The notes: generated by a model not told the origin, from the letters alone. 64,000 bases of DNA from a candidate division WWE3 bacterium RIFCSPHIGHO2_01_FULL_40_23 (GCA_001772615.1 MEUZ01000001.1:120623-184622), one strand, 5' to 3'; positions 17,520 to 26,819 are shown, counted from the stretch's first letter. Numbers and translations: made by a program.

Positions 17520-18857
17520 ATCTATCCCGGGGACGGGGAAGCGTTTGCAGAGCTTTTTTATTTCTTCTCTAATCTTAAGAAGGTTTTTATTCTTCGCAAT
17601 ATCTCTTCTGAATTTCTTTAAATACGCGGCTCTTTCATCTTTACCCTCGGGAAGTTTATATTTTTCAGCTTCCCTTATAACCGAAGCCACCCACTTTCCT
17701 ATCTTTTCCATTTCCTTTTCTTTCATTCCCCTTGAAGTTATGGCGGGGGACCCAAGCCTAATCCCAGAAGGATAAAACGGAGAGGAGGGTTCCATGGGAA
17801 TCATATTTTTATTCACAGTAATACCGGAAATACTTAAAGCATCCTGCACAAAAATGCCGCTTCCCACCCCGTTTGTTTGCGTTAAATCAACAAGGAGCAA
17901 GTGGTTATCGGTGCCGCCCCCAACTAACTTCAAACCCTCCTTTTTTAAAGACCTTGCAAGGGCCTTGGCGTTTCTAACAACCTGCTTAGCATATTTTTTA
18001 AATTTCTCGGAAGACGTCTCTTTAAGGCAAACCGCAATGCCCGCGATTACGTGGTTATGAGGACCCCCTTGCAATCCCGGAAATACAGCTTTATCTATTT
18101 TGTCCCCTAGCTCCGGGTCTTTCTTTAATCCTTTTTTGGTTACCATTATCATTGCACCCCTTGGTCCCCTTAAAGTTATATGTGTTGTGGATGTAATAAT
18201 ATGCACAAAGGGAGCCGGGCTTTTATGCGCACCGCCCGCAACAAGACCAGCAACGTGGGCGATGTCAGCGGCAAGATAAGCCCCCACGTCATCCGCTATT
18301 TTTGAAAAAACTTCAAATTCATACTCTTTGGTGTACGCTGAACCTCCAACCCATATGAGCTTTGGCTTGTGTTCGGATACAAGCCTGATAACCTCCGAAA
18401 AATCCACAACACCTTCGGAATTCACATGATACGGAACGCTATGGTAATAAAGGCCGGAAAAGCTTGTTTTCCATCCGTGAGTTAAGTGCCCACCATCATA
18501 AAGGTTCATACCTAAAACTGTATCCCCAGGTTTTAAAACAGCAAGATAAACCGCATGATTTGCAGGGCTTCCTGAATAAGGCTGTACATTAACATAAGGC
18601 ACATTAAACAGCTTTTTGGCTCTTTCCTGCGCCAGCTCTTCTATTTCATCAATAAATTCATTACCGGCGTGATACCTTTTATACGGATAACCCTCCGAAT
18701 ACTTATTAGTTAAAATTGACCCCACCGCATCCAAAACCGCCGCACTCGTATAGTTTTCAGAAGGAATCATCTCAAGCCCCTCTTTCTGTCTTCCAACTTC
18801 TCTCTCCAATGATTTAAACAAAGACAAATCCGCTTTTTTCAGGATTTTATAATTCAT
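17517..18857 (-). CDS. glyA: serine hydroxymethyltransferase
   Basis: SHMT motifs along the whole length, including PLP-lysine TTHKTLRGPRG, YSGSPAN, GGHLTHG. Confidence 0.9.
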   Translation of the reverse strand: MNYKILKKADLSLFKSLEREVGRQKEGLEMIPSENYTSAAVLDAVGSILTNKYSEGYPYKRYHAGNEFIDEIEELAQERAKKLFNVPYVNVQPYSGSPANHAVYLAVLKPGDTVLGMNLYDGGHLTHGWKTSFSGLYYHSVPYHVNSEGVVDFSEVIRLVSEHKPKLIWVGGSAYTKEYEFEVFSKIADDVGAYLAADIAHVAGLVAGGAHKSPAPFVHIITSTTHITLRGPRGAMIMVTKKGLKKDPELGDKIDKAVFPGLQGGPHNHVIAGIAVCLKETSSEKFKKYAKQVVRNAKALARSLKKEGLKLVGGGTDNHLLLVDLTQTNGVGSGIFVQDALSISGITVNKNMIPMEPSSPFYPSGIRLGSPAITSRGMKEKEMEKIGKWVASVIREAEKYKLPEGKDERAAYLKKFRRDIAKNKNLLKIREEIKKLCKRFPVPGID

Positions 18858-19021
18858 AAAGCCCTTTCAGCCATATTTTTATAATCAATCAGATGGGACA
18901 AAATGGGCAGTTAGCCAAAATCATAGTAGATCATATTCAGATGGACTTCAATACATAATCCCATAAAACTATTGCAAAGATACCAGAATGTTGTAAATAA
19001 TACTTACACTCTGCCCAATAT

Positions 19022-19633
19022 ATGCCGGGACTAAATTCAAACAATTCAATAAGAAGAGGAATCTTAAGCTACGATTCAAATTTTAAAGACCGCTGTTTTG
19101 CTAATTATACGGATCTGGAACCGATTATAGGCCATTGCAAAGGCCTTGGTTTAAGGATAGTTCTGACTTCGGGAACATTTGATATGGTTCATATAGGGCA
19201 TGCAAGATACCTTGAGACTGCAAAAAAATTCGGGGACTTTCTGATAGTCGGCGTTGACAGCGATGAAAAAGTGAGAAAAAGAAAAGGGCCTGACAGGCCG
19301 ATAGTTCCCCACACGGAAAGAATGGAAATTTTATCCCACATGAGATATGTAGATGCTGTTGTGCTCAAAGCCATCAACGCTCCAAGATGGGCGCTCATAA
19401 AAATGGCAAAACCTGATGTTTTAATTGCCACTCAAGAAACATACACAAAAGAAGAGCTTATTGAACTTAAAAAATATTGCGGCAAGGTTGTGGTTTTAGA
19501 CCCGATGGCAACCACGTCAACAAGCGCAAAAATAAGAAGGCTTCAAATAAGTATGGCGGGAAGACTTGAGAAAATACTAACCCCTAAACTTTTACAAGCG
19601 ATTGAAGAGTCCCTTGAAGAAGTAAAAAAATGA
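19022..19633 (+). CDS. cytidylyltransferase-like nucleotidyltransferase (TagD/RfaE-domain-II-like)
   Basis: GTFDMVHIGHARYL (HxGH) plus the downstream DSDEKVRKRKGPDRPIVPHTERMEIL pattern. Stop overlaps the next start (ATGA). Confidence 0.55.
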   Translation: MPGLNSNNSIRRGILSYDSNFKDRCFANYTDLEPIIGHCKGLGLRIVLTSGTFDMVHIGHARYLETAKKFGDFLIVGVDSDEKVRKRKGPDRPIVPHTERMEILSHMRYVDAVVLKAINAPRWALIKMAKPDVLIATQETYTKEELIELKKYCGKVVVLDPMATTSTSAKIRRLQISMAGRLEKILTPKLLQAIEESLEEVKK

Positions 19634-20478
19634 AAAAAGTTATAGTAGCTTACATTCCGGTTTTACATGAAGGGTATAGAAGGTTCATTGAAAAACATAA
19701 AGATGCCAAAGTCATTTATATTTTCGGAAAAGATATTATTCTGGAATTTGATCACCTCTCAAAAGAGATTAGGGCACTTGATCCAAAGCTTGTTTTAAAA
19801 TCCCTTGAATCATGGGGCTTAATCTCTAAAGCAAAAATCTTAAAACATAATGATCTTCAAAAACTCAACAACTACAAATACAACATTGTAGTTCCTGACG
19901 AAGATGTGACAAAAGAACTTTCTGAAAAGTACTTAAAGAAAGCTAGTGTTTTCTATGACCCGATATTCCTCCGCTGGGACAAACATAAATCTATGGAGCA
20001 AAAGCCTATTGAAGCCGATCAGAAGATATCCTCGGAAGAATTTGATAAAAACGCAATTAGAGAAACCCTTAAAGCTTCAGAAAGAGCTTCCGACTGGTGG
20101 AGAAGAGTGGGGGCGGCAATAGTTAAAAACAAGAAAATCATTATTATTGCGCACAACAGGCACCTTCCATCACCTCATTCTCCCTATGCAAACGGTGACC
20201 CTAGAAACAATTTCCATAAAGGGGTAAACATAGAATTGTCAACAGCAATTCACGCGGAAGCAGATTTAATCTCCCAAGCCGCCAAGAAGGGAATTCCCTT
20301 AAAGGGAAGCTCTATGTATGTTAGTGTGTTTCCCTGCCCTCCATGTGCAAAACTCGTTGCGCGTTCGGGAATATCAAAATTGTATTATGGAGGAGGGTAT
20401 GGGGTTTTGGATGGCGAGGACATTCTAAAAGCATCCGGGGTAGAAATTATTTATGTGGACTTAATGGCAGAAAAATAA
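19630..20478 (+). CDS. dCMP/cytidine deaminase zinc-binding family with a ~150-aa N-terminal extension of unknown function
   Basis: HAEADLISQA...VFPCPPCAKLV (H-A-E ... PCxxC) in the C-terminal half. Confidence 0.65.
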   Translation: MKKVIVAYIPVLHEGYRRFIEKHKDAKVIYIFGKDIILEFDHLSKEIRALDPKLVLKSLESWGLISKAKILKHNDLQKLNNYKYNIVVPDEDVTKELSEKYLKKASVFYDPIFLRWDKHKSMEQKPIEADQKISSEEFDKNAIRETLKASERASDWWRRVGAAIVKNKKIIIIAHNRHLPSPHSPYANGDPRNNFHKGVNIELSTAIHAEADLISQAAKKGIPLKGSSMYVSVFPCPPCAKLVARSGISKLYYGGGYGVLDGEDILKASGVEIIYVDLMAEK

Positions 20479-20487
20479 GCCGGTTGG

Positions 20488-21444
20488 TTAATTACCTTCC
20501 GGCTTACGAACTGTTCCAACCTTGAACCTCACGGGCTCAAAATCGGGCTTACCCATATCAGGAACCACAAACTGAACGTGTAAGTGCTTCACACTGGCTC
20601 CGGAATATGAGCTCTCTCCAAACCTCAAAAAGAACATCCCTCCGATCACTTTGAAGAAAGCTTCCGCCCAAGTGAGCAGTTCAAACAACTCCACTCCGGC
20701 TTGGGGGTTCATCTCCGAAAGAGTTTCCGCATGGAACTTGTAAATGGCCAGAAGGTGAATACGGGTGTTTGACTTTGGCCATTGGGTTAAGGTGAGAACC
20801 CAGAATTTTCCTTCCCTGATAATCTCCTTGTGATGATACTTGGCAAGGTTTTCAGGGCAGAAAGGGCACACACCTTCAGCCGTAATCCGGCTCATTACAG
20901 CCAGTTGATCGGGTGTCCGCGCGTGGGCAAGATCCACATAGACCTTTTTCCTTTTGTACACTTCAAAGGTGTAATCAAAAGGGTTTTTGGCGTCTTTGGT
21001 ACGCGGATCGGAGCTCACAAGCTCCCATTCAAACTCACTGTATCTAGGGAAGGAGGCATCCCCACCAACTTCAACGTCCACCCTAGTGATATAAAGAAAG
21101 TCCGCTAGAGGGAGAAACATTCTGTACACAAGCTCTCCCCCGATAATAAACACCTCCTTATCCTTCATGTAGCCCGCTTTCAGGAGAGCTTCGTCAATGG
21201 TTAAAGCAGTCTCACACCCATCACATACAGCGGGCCTGCTTACCAGGACCACGTTCTTTCTCCCCGGAAGCGGCCCACCCAGATTGTCTCTTATGGACCT
21301 AAAGGTCTTATGGCCCATGATTACAGGGTGGCCTCCGGTTTTATCGGCGAAGTACTTAAGATCCGCCGGCAAGTTCCAAGGCACCTTTCCATCTTTCCCG
21401 ATCACGCCATTTTTGGAAACGGCCGCAATCAAAGATATGGTCAT
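20488..21444 (-). CDS. folA: dihydrofolate reductase fused to a C-terminal HIT-superfamily (HxHxQ branch, Ap4A phosphorylase/GalT-like) domain
   Basis: N-terminal ~165 aa is DHFR (ISLIAAVSKNGVIGKDGKVPW, GRKNVVLVSR, FIIGGELVY). C-terminal ~150 aa carries CPFC and VKHLHVQFVV. Confidence 0.7.
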   Translation of the reverse strand: MTISLIAAVSKNGVIGKDGKVPWNLPADLKYFADKTGGHPVIMGHKTFRSIRDNLGGPLPGRKNVVLVSRPAVCDGCETALTIDEALLKAGYMKDKEVFIIGGELVYRMFLPLADFLYITRVDVEVGGDASFPRYSEFEWELVSSDPRTKDAKNPFDYTFEVYKRKKVYVDLAHARTPDQLAVMSRITAEGVCPFCPENLAKYHHKEIIREGKFWVLTLTQWPKSNTRIHLLAIYKFHAETLSEMNPQAGVELFELLTWAEAFFKVIGGMFFLRFGESSYSGASVKHLHVQFVVPDMGKPDFEPVRFKVGTVRKPEGN

Positions 21445-21471
21445 ACTCCTTTGCTCCTTTCTTTGCTCTCT

Positions 21472-22392
21472 TCAGATTGCTACCGGAATGCCTTTAATTC
21501 CGGGGTGCGGGTTGTAATCCGACAGAGTGAAGTGCCCCCTTCTGAAAGCAAAGAGATCCGTGATACTTTGATCAAGAACCATCGTAGGAAACGGCCTTGA
21601 CTCCCGCTCAAGCATAGTCTTGACGGCAGGAAGCTGGTCCACAAAAATATGCGCGTCGGAAATGGTGTGAATAAACTCATAAGCTTCCACACCTAAAACC
21701 TGCGCAATCGCCATTAACAACGCGAAGTACTGCACCATGTTAGATGGCACCCCCACCCCCGCGTCACCAGATCTCTGGAACATGTGAAGGGTCAGCTTGC
21801 CATTTAGGATCCTTAGATGAACCCAGCCATGGCACGGAACCACAACCACTTTCTGCTGCCTCCCCGTAACACGGATTGCGTATTGAGGAATCCACGGCGA
21901 GACAAAGTGGGTCCTCAATTGAGGCTGTTCCCTCATCTGCCGCAGAATGTATTCAAACTGATTGAACGATCCACCTTCCGCAGTAGGAAAATTGTGAAAC
22001 GCCGCGCCGTAAGAACCGGGACCAAGATCGCCGGGTTCAAGCCCGCGCTTGGCACACTTTTCAGGAGTGGCCCACTTATCCCACCAGTAGCATCCGTGAG
22101 CTTCAAGTTCCCCTAAAGTTCTGGCTCCGTTAATGAAGGCAAATATCTCCCCGATAGCCTGCTGCCAGATTGTTACGGGCAAGCGTTCCGAAGTTTTCGG
22201 ATCCATGTTTCTCTCTGTGATAACAGGAAATCCGTTGTTCAAACGGAATCTCATTATCCCCGGGGCCATGTAGGTAATGGCATCAATCCCTTGTTGTGAC
22301 TGAACCCGCTCTCCATAGCGAAGAATTCTCCACAGGAGCCTTTTGTACTGACCATCAGGCGTGCGATCTGCTAGAGGTTTCATTCTGCTCAT
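21472..22392 (-). CDS. thyA: thymidylate synthase ThyA
   Basis: VVVVPCHGWVHL...LHMFQRSGDAGVGVPSN...YNPHPGIKGIPVAI aligns with the canonical ThyA active-site and C-terminal motifs. Confidence 0.85.
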   Translation of the reverse strand: MSRMKPLADRTPDGQYKRLLWRILRYGERVQSQQGIDAITYMAPGIMRFRLNNGFPVITERNMDPKTSERLPVTIWQQAIGEIFAFINGARTLGELEAHGCYWWDKWATPEKCAKRGLEPGDLGPGSYGAAFHNFPTAEGGSFNQFEYILRQMREQPQLRTHFVSPWIPQYAIRVTGRQQKVVVVPCHGWVHLRILNGKLTLHMFQRSGDAGVGVPSNMVQYFALLMAIAQVLGVEAYEFIHTISDAHIFVDQLPAVKTMLERESRPFPTMVLDQSITDLFAFRRGHFTLSDYNPHPGIKGIPVAI

Positions 22393-22467
22393 CTCCTTTT
22401 TTCAGTTTTCAAGCGATATTAACATGAACAAACAAGCAAACCAAACCTAAGATAAGAAGTGTGTGAA

Positions 22468-23346
22468 CTACTTTAACAACAAAACTCCAACAAATGCCAG
22501 TATTCCGGCTAAAATTTTAAGCCGCCAATGGCTCTTTTCATGAAGGATAACAATTCCCGCTAGAATTGTCAGACTTGATGAGGTGGAAACCACTACGGTA
22601 ACCTTTGAGGCTTCGCCCAAAGATAAGGCTTTTATATACAAATAATATCCGTAAACATTAAAAAAGGCCGTCAGCGGGCTCTTCCAGGAGCCAAGTTTAA
22701 ACTCCCTCTTGATGTCTTTAAGACTAATAAAAGGAAGAAAAATAAAGATGATAGGCAAAAACCATATTAAAGCGGTGTAAAACTCGGAAGTGGTAAAAGA
22801 AGAAGCTCTTTTGTCAAGAAGCCACCCCAATCCCAGAAATAAACTGCAGGCAAAAGCTAACACAAAGTTTTTATCAAAAGACACACTGCCTTTTTTATAA
22901 ACTACAAGAATGTTAGCTCCAACAATAAGAAGCGCGCCCAGTACTTTAAGCAGAGTCAATTGTTCACTATACAAATAGATCGCTCCGAAAAAAGCTATCA
23001 CAGGGGCCAGCCTAAAAAGAATGGTTGCAGTTGAAGCGTCAACTTCTTTTCTAACGTAAAAATGGCTTCTTTCATACAGGCCATAGAATAAAACCACTAG
23101 GAGAATATAGAACCACCCCGTAAGCGATATAGCCGGAAAAGAGAACGAAAAGTTTGTGTCAATAAGAAACAGCAAAAAACCAAACAAGGCTCCCCACAAG
23201 TTAAATACCATGGATGAAGTTCTGGGATTTTCACTTTTTACGGCAAGCAGCCTAAGGAAAAGGTTGTTGGCCGTGAAAAACAAAACGGAAATAAGAGAGT
23301 AAACAAACCAGCTCACAGTATTAATATACCAGATGCTGGGTGACAA
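22468..23346 (-). CDS. DMT-superfamily (EamA-like) 10-TM transporter
   Basis: Two repeated 5-TM halves. Hydropathy only. Confidence 0.45.
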   Translation of the reverse strand: MSPSIWYINTVSWFVYSLISVLFFTANNLFLRLLAVKSENPRTSSMVFNLWGALFGFLLFLIDTNFSFSFPAISLTGWFYILLVVLFYGLYERSHFYVRKEVDASTATILFRLAPVIAFFGAIYLYSEQLTLLKVLGALLIVGANILVVYKKGSVSFDKNFVLAFACSLFLGLGWLLDKRASSFTTSEFYTALIWFLPIIFIFLPFISLKDIKREFKLGSWKSPLTAFFNVYGYYLYIKALSLGEASKVTVVVSTSSSLTILAGIVILHEKSHWRLKILAGILAFVGVLLLK

Positions 23347-23425
23347 CCGTTGCCATCGTGTCCACAGTCAGCGAAGGTTGAAGAAAGTCCCTTTCATCAT
23401 TGCAATAATGGGAGTTTTAACAAAG

Positions 23426-23513
23426 TCATTGCGAAGGCAAAGCCCGAAGCAATCTACAACAGATCCCGCACCTACCACCTCACCTGCTGTCATTCCCGCG
23501 AAAGCGGGAATCT
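23426..23513. repeat. degenerate composite palindromic repeat, copy F
   Basis: gtcattgcgaaggcaaagcccgaagcaatctacaacagatcccgcacc...gtcattcccgcgaaagcgggaatc. Track ORFs 23333..23527 and 23350..23544 overlap it and are probably spurious. Confidence 0.55.
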
Positions 23514-23562
23514 TAACGGAACATTGAACATAGAGCTCATATAAGCTAAAATGCCTCCATAT

Positions 23563-23637
23563 TCCGGCGTGGCGAAACGGTATCGCGGCTCCCTGTTAAG
23601 GAGATGATTGTAGGTTCGAATCCTATCGCCGGAGCCA
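23563..23637 (+). tRNA. tRNA-Asn (anticodon GUU), 75 nt, CCA encoded
   Basis: Manual fold: acceptor TCCGGCG/CGCCGGA, D-arm GCGA-AACGGTA-TCGC, anticodon stem GCTCC/GGAGA (one G-A mismatch) with loop CTGTTAA, T-arm GTAGG-TTCGAAT-CCTAT, discriminator G, CCA. Confidence 0.75.
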
Positions 23638-23658
23638 GAAATATAGTAAAATCAGCCC

Positions 23659-24045
23659 ATGAGTCAGGAAGAAATAATAAAATCGTGGAGAGAAAGTGCC
23701 AAAAGAAATTTGGATACAGCCAGAGATTTAATTAAATCAAAGCATTATGATTGGGCACTGTTCCTTGGTGAGCTTGCGCTAGAAAAATCACTGAAAGGAG
23801 CCATCACCAAACTACAGAATGACTCCCCACCTTATACCCACAACCTTGTCAAGCTAGCAGAACTTTCAAGCATAGCATTTACACAACAGGATTTAGAAGA
23901 TCTTGCCCAAATTACTAAATATAATGTCCAGGCAAGATATGATGATATCAAGTATCAGTTATATAAAATGGCAACAAAGGAATATACAGAAGAATGGTTT
24001 ACAAAAATAGAAAGGCTATATTCATGGATAGGAAAACATTATTAA
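23659..24045 (+). CDS. HEPN-domain protein (partner of the downstream MNT; putative toxin-antitoxin pair)
   Basis: All-alpha, with the ALFLGELALEKSLKGAI pattern. Overlaps the next gene by 22 nt. Confidence 0.5.
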   Translation: MSQEEIIKSWRESAKRNLDTARDLIKSKHYDWALFLGELALEKSLKGAITKLQNDSPPYTHNLVKLAELSSIAFTQQDLEDLAQITKYNVQARYDDIKYQLYKMATKEYTEEWFTKIERLYSWIGKHY

Positions 24046-24353
24046 GGGACGAGCCCAAAAATTTAATAAAAACATTGAGAAAGGCGTTTCAAGCTAACGG
24101 TGTGCCCGTTGATAAAATTATAATTTTTGGATCTTATGCAAAAAAAACTAACAGACCTGACAGTGACTTAGACTTATGTGTAGTTTCAAAATCCTTTGGA
24201 AAAGACTCTTTAAAGGAAATGATGGAGCTTACTAAGATATCATCTAGAATTGACCCAATGATTGAAATTCACCCATATAACCCACAGGATCTTAATAATA
24301 AATTTGATCCGTTGGCGAAGGAAATTAGAGAGCATGGGATTTTGGGGTATTAA
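24024..24353 (+). CDS. minimal nucleotidyltransferase (MNT, Pol-beta superfamily)
   Basis: IIIFGSYAKKTNRPDSDLDLCVV (GS-x9-DxD). Start chosen at MDRKTLL. Confidence 0.65.
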   Translation: MDRKTLLRDEPKNLIKTLRKAFQANGVPVDKIIIFGSYAKKTNRPDSDLDLCVVSKSFGKDSLKEMMELTKISSRIDPMIEIHPYNPQDLNNKFDPLAKEIREHGILGY

Positions 24354-24368
24354 ACAGATTGCTGGCAT

Positions 24369-24408
24369 AAGGAGATGGTTGTAGGTTCGAATCCTATCGC
24401 CGGAGCCA
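24369..24408. repeat. 40-nt direct repeat of the 3' end of tRNA-Asn (1 mismatch), att-like
   Basis: aaggagatgGttgtaggttcgaatcctatcgccggagcca versus tRNA positions 23598..23637 (gatgAttg). Overlaps the 3' end of the recombinase gene. Confidence 0.75.
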
Positions 24409-25911
24409 ATTAGACCGTATCCGAACCAAGTTTCGTGATACCAACGCCTCAAACTCTGGTACAAACTCGAAACTGGTTATTGTTCGTTCTTTTTCCAGAA
24501 ACGCCTTTGAAATGAAGAAGCGGAGAAACTGCTTTTGTTGAACCTTGGTCATTGCGTCGTAAAGCTCACCTATATTTTTCATACCCTGGATCACTTTCTC
24601 AATTTCTGAATCTTTGAGGTTAGTTGAGGGCTTATCCATTTCTATTATCTGTGCATCTACTTGTTTTAGTTCTTCCTTCAACGGCTGGTAGCGTGCCTTG
24701 ATTCTTTCCGATTCAACAAGTTCATCTCCACCAAACATTTTATCTTCAAGCACCTTCATCTTTTTATCAAGTATGTCTCTCCTTTGTCTAAGCGTTTTAA
24801 GTTGTTCAGGAACGCTTGTACCTTGCTCCTGTTTTACTTCCAACAGCACATTTCGTAAATTATTTAATGCCTTTTCGGTAAATACCGTGCCATGAAAAAA
24901 TGCGGATACTCTTTTATCTGCTTTCTCCAATGAAACATAGGTTTTCTCACAAGTCTTACATCTAAAATAGTTACCTTTTGGGTGGTACTCGGCAGCCATT
25001 AAACTGCCGCACTTGAGACAATGGGCATACCCAGCTAACAGGGTGGTATATTTTCTTGTGCGGTTTGCACCTTTGTTTCTTTTTTCAAACATAAGTAGAG
25101 ATTTCTTATACCAATCAACTGGCACAATTGGTTCGTGAGCCGCCTTTTCATATATTACCCCGTCATAAGACAGCCCGCCACAATAGAGTATGTTTTTAAG
25201 GATGTTGGTCATTGTATTTTTATTGACCTTACCACCAGAAGTATTTCTCAGACCCTGCTCGTATAAAATGTTTGTTATTGAGTAGACGGTGTGGTTTCCA
25301 GAAATCCACATTTCATAAGCCTTGTAAATAAAATGTTTCCTTTCTGGGTCAGGGTAAATCGGTTTGTCCTTTTGAAATGAGTTACAAAATCCGAGTGGAC
25401 TTTTTCCTGGTTTCATCCCTTTTTCTGCAAGTGCCTTCATGATCCTTTTCGTTTTTTTACCAGTACGCCTCGATTCCAATTGGTTGACCGCCGCAACAAT
25501 TACATCAAGGAAGTCGCCCTCGTCTGTGTCGCCATAATAAGAACCATCTAATGGAATTAGTTTTATGTTTCTTTTTTTCAGGAACGCCTTAACTGTCAGA
25601 TGATCCGCAACATTTCTTGCCAGTCTGCTTGAGTCTTGAACCAGTACGAGATCAACCGTGGCAGCATTGTCATCACAGTAATCCAGCAGTTCTTCCATAT
25701 CAGGTCTGTCCAGGTCTCTCGCACTTCGCCCCGAATCTTCAAATACTTTCAAAATGGTTATGTTGTTTTGACTCACAAAGTTTTGAAAAAGTTGGTCTTG
25801 CACTTCCAAGCTATGTCCTGTAAGAGCCTGGTTTGGTGTTGAAACTCGTTTGTAGCACACAGATTTTAACATTGTGCCTGTCTTTGGTTTTATATCTTCT
25901 AATCCGTACAT
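24394..25911 (-). CDS. large serine recombinase (resolvase/invertase N-domain + recombinase domain + zinc ribbon)
   Basis: Catalytic motif YKRVSTPNQ near the N-terminus, a C-terminal CLKCGS...CKTC zinc ribbon and a coiled-coil tail. True start may be the internal MLKSV. Confidence 0.8.
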   Translation of the reverse strand: MYGLEDIKPKTGTMLKSVCYKRVSTPNQALTGHSLEVQDQLFQNFVSQNNITILKVFEDSGRSARDLDRPDMEELLDYCDDNAATVDLVLVQDSSRLARNVADHLTVKAFLKKRNIKLIPLDGSYYGDTDEGDFLDVIVAAVNQLESRRTGKKTKRIMKALAEKGMKPGKSPLGFCNSFQKDKPIYPDPERKHFIYKAYEMWISGNHTVYSITNILYEQGLRNTSGGKVNKNTMTNILKNILYCGGLSYDGVIYEKAAHEPIVPVDWYKKSLLMFEKRNKGANRTRKYTTLLAGYAHCLKCGSLMAAEYHPKGNYFRCKTCEKTYVSLEKADKRVSAFFHGTVFTEKALNNLRNVLLEVKQEQGTSVPEQLKTLRQRRDILDKKMKVLEDKMFGGDELVESERIKARYQPLKEELKQVDAQIIEMDKPSTNLKDSEIEKVIQGMKNIGELYDAMTKVQQKQFLRFFISKAFLEKERTITSFEFVPEFEALVSRNLVRIRSNWLRR

Positions 25912-25934
25912 ATTTCAAAATAAGGCAGAAATAA

Positions 25935-26819
25935 TTACTTTCCTATTCGTTCTTTTAACATCCTCCTAACAATACCAGTTAGATAAGCAGCGTGGTTACC
26001 GACATACTTCCCGTTTGCTACATCTTCCTTGTACTCACCATACGCCTTCTCCAAAGCCCAAAACTGCTCATTTCTTATAAGGCTAAGGTAGTTATCCATA
26101 CATTGTTCGTGAACTGCTTCGGCAATCTCCTTCGCTTTAAGTTCGCTGTATAAGCTTGGGCGGAATAGTCTTGTTGGGTTCTTACAAACATATTCGGCAT
26201 CGGACTTTTCTTCGCTCTCGTTTCCTACTTTATTAGAAACCGATAAGGTGTTTTCAATCTTCTTTTCAATATCGGTATGGTTATTATAACCTCTGAACTC
26301 CTTTGAATCATTAACACCCTGTTTAATTGCTACACCAGCACTATCCAACATCTCCAACTTCTGATTTTTAACTTCAACCTCTGTACTATCCTCTGACTTT
26401 TTGTCGCCTACAGTACCAACTTCCTGCTGACTTGCCTCCTTGATAAACAAGTGCTCGATGCTGGTTATTTTCTTGTTAGGATCAATAAAATCTGGAAAAT
26501 GAACCTCAAACGAACCTGACCTCCCAGTTCTATCCATATAAAACAATAACCTCTTACTTTTTAAGGACAAAAGTATTTTATTAACATAGTTTTTTGAAAC
26601 TGATTTCTTACCGCCTTCTTTTCCGAAAACATCATCTCTTATAGCCTCCATGTGAGTTGTGCAAATACCATAAGGATTGCATTGTATACGCAGGTAACAA
26701 TATACGAAAAACTCTGCTCGGTTTATTTCACCGTTTTTGTATAAACTGGCAATGTTTCTTGGAAACACTATCCAGTTTGATAATGGGTTTTCAGTTTGAT
26801 TTTCTTGTTCTTTTTTCAT
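25935..26819 (-). CDS. hypothetical island protein (N-terminal winged-helix-like region; possible replication/regulatory role)
   Basis: ORF only. Co-oriented with the recombinase. Confidence 0.35.
   Translation of the reverse strand: MKKEQENQTENPLSNWIVFPRNIASLYKNGEINRAEFFVYCYLRIQCNPYGICTTHMEAIRDDVFGKEGGKKSVSKNYVNKILLSLKSKRLLFYMDRTGRSGSFEVHFPDFIDPNKKITSIEHLFIKEASQQEVGTVGDKKSEDSTEVEVKNQKLEMLDSAGVAIKQGVNDSKEFRGYNNHTDIEKKIENTLSVSNKVGNESEEKSDAEYVCKNPTRLFRPSLYSELKAKEIAEAVHEQCMDNYLSLIRNEQFWALEKAYGEYKEDVANGKYVGNHAAYLTGIVRRMLKERIGK

Noticed and set aside
23333-23544. Two overlapping 64-aa plus-strand ORFs
   Set aside because: They coincide with degenerate repeat copy F and lie immediately upstream of tRNA-Asn, so they are regarded as non-coding.
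24394-25911. Possibility that the recombinase is a tyrosine integrase (which would explain the long tRNA-derived direct repeat)
   Set aside because: The N-terminal YKRVSTPNQ catalytic-serine motif, the size and the C-terminal zinc ribbon with coiled coil are diagnostic of the large serine recombinase family.
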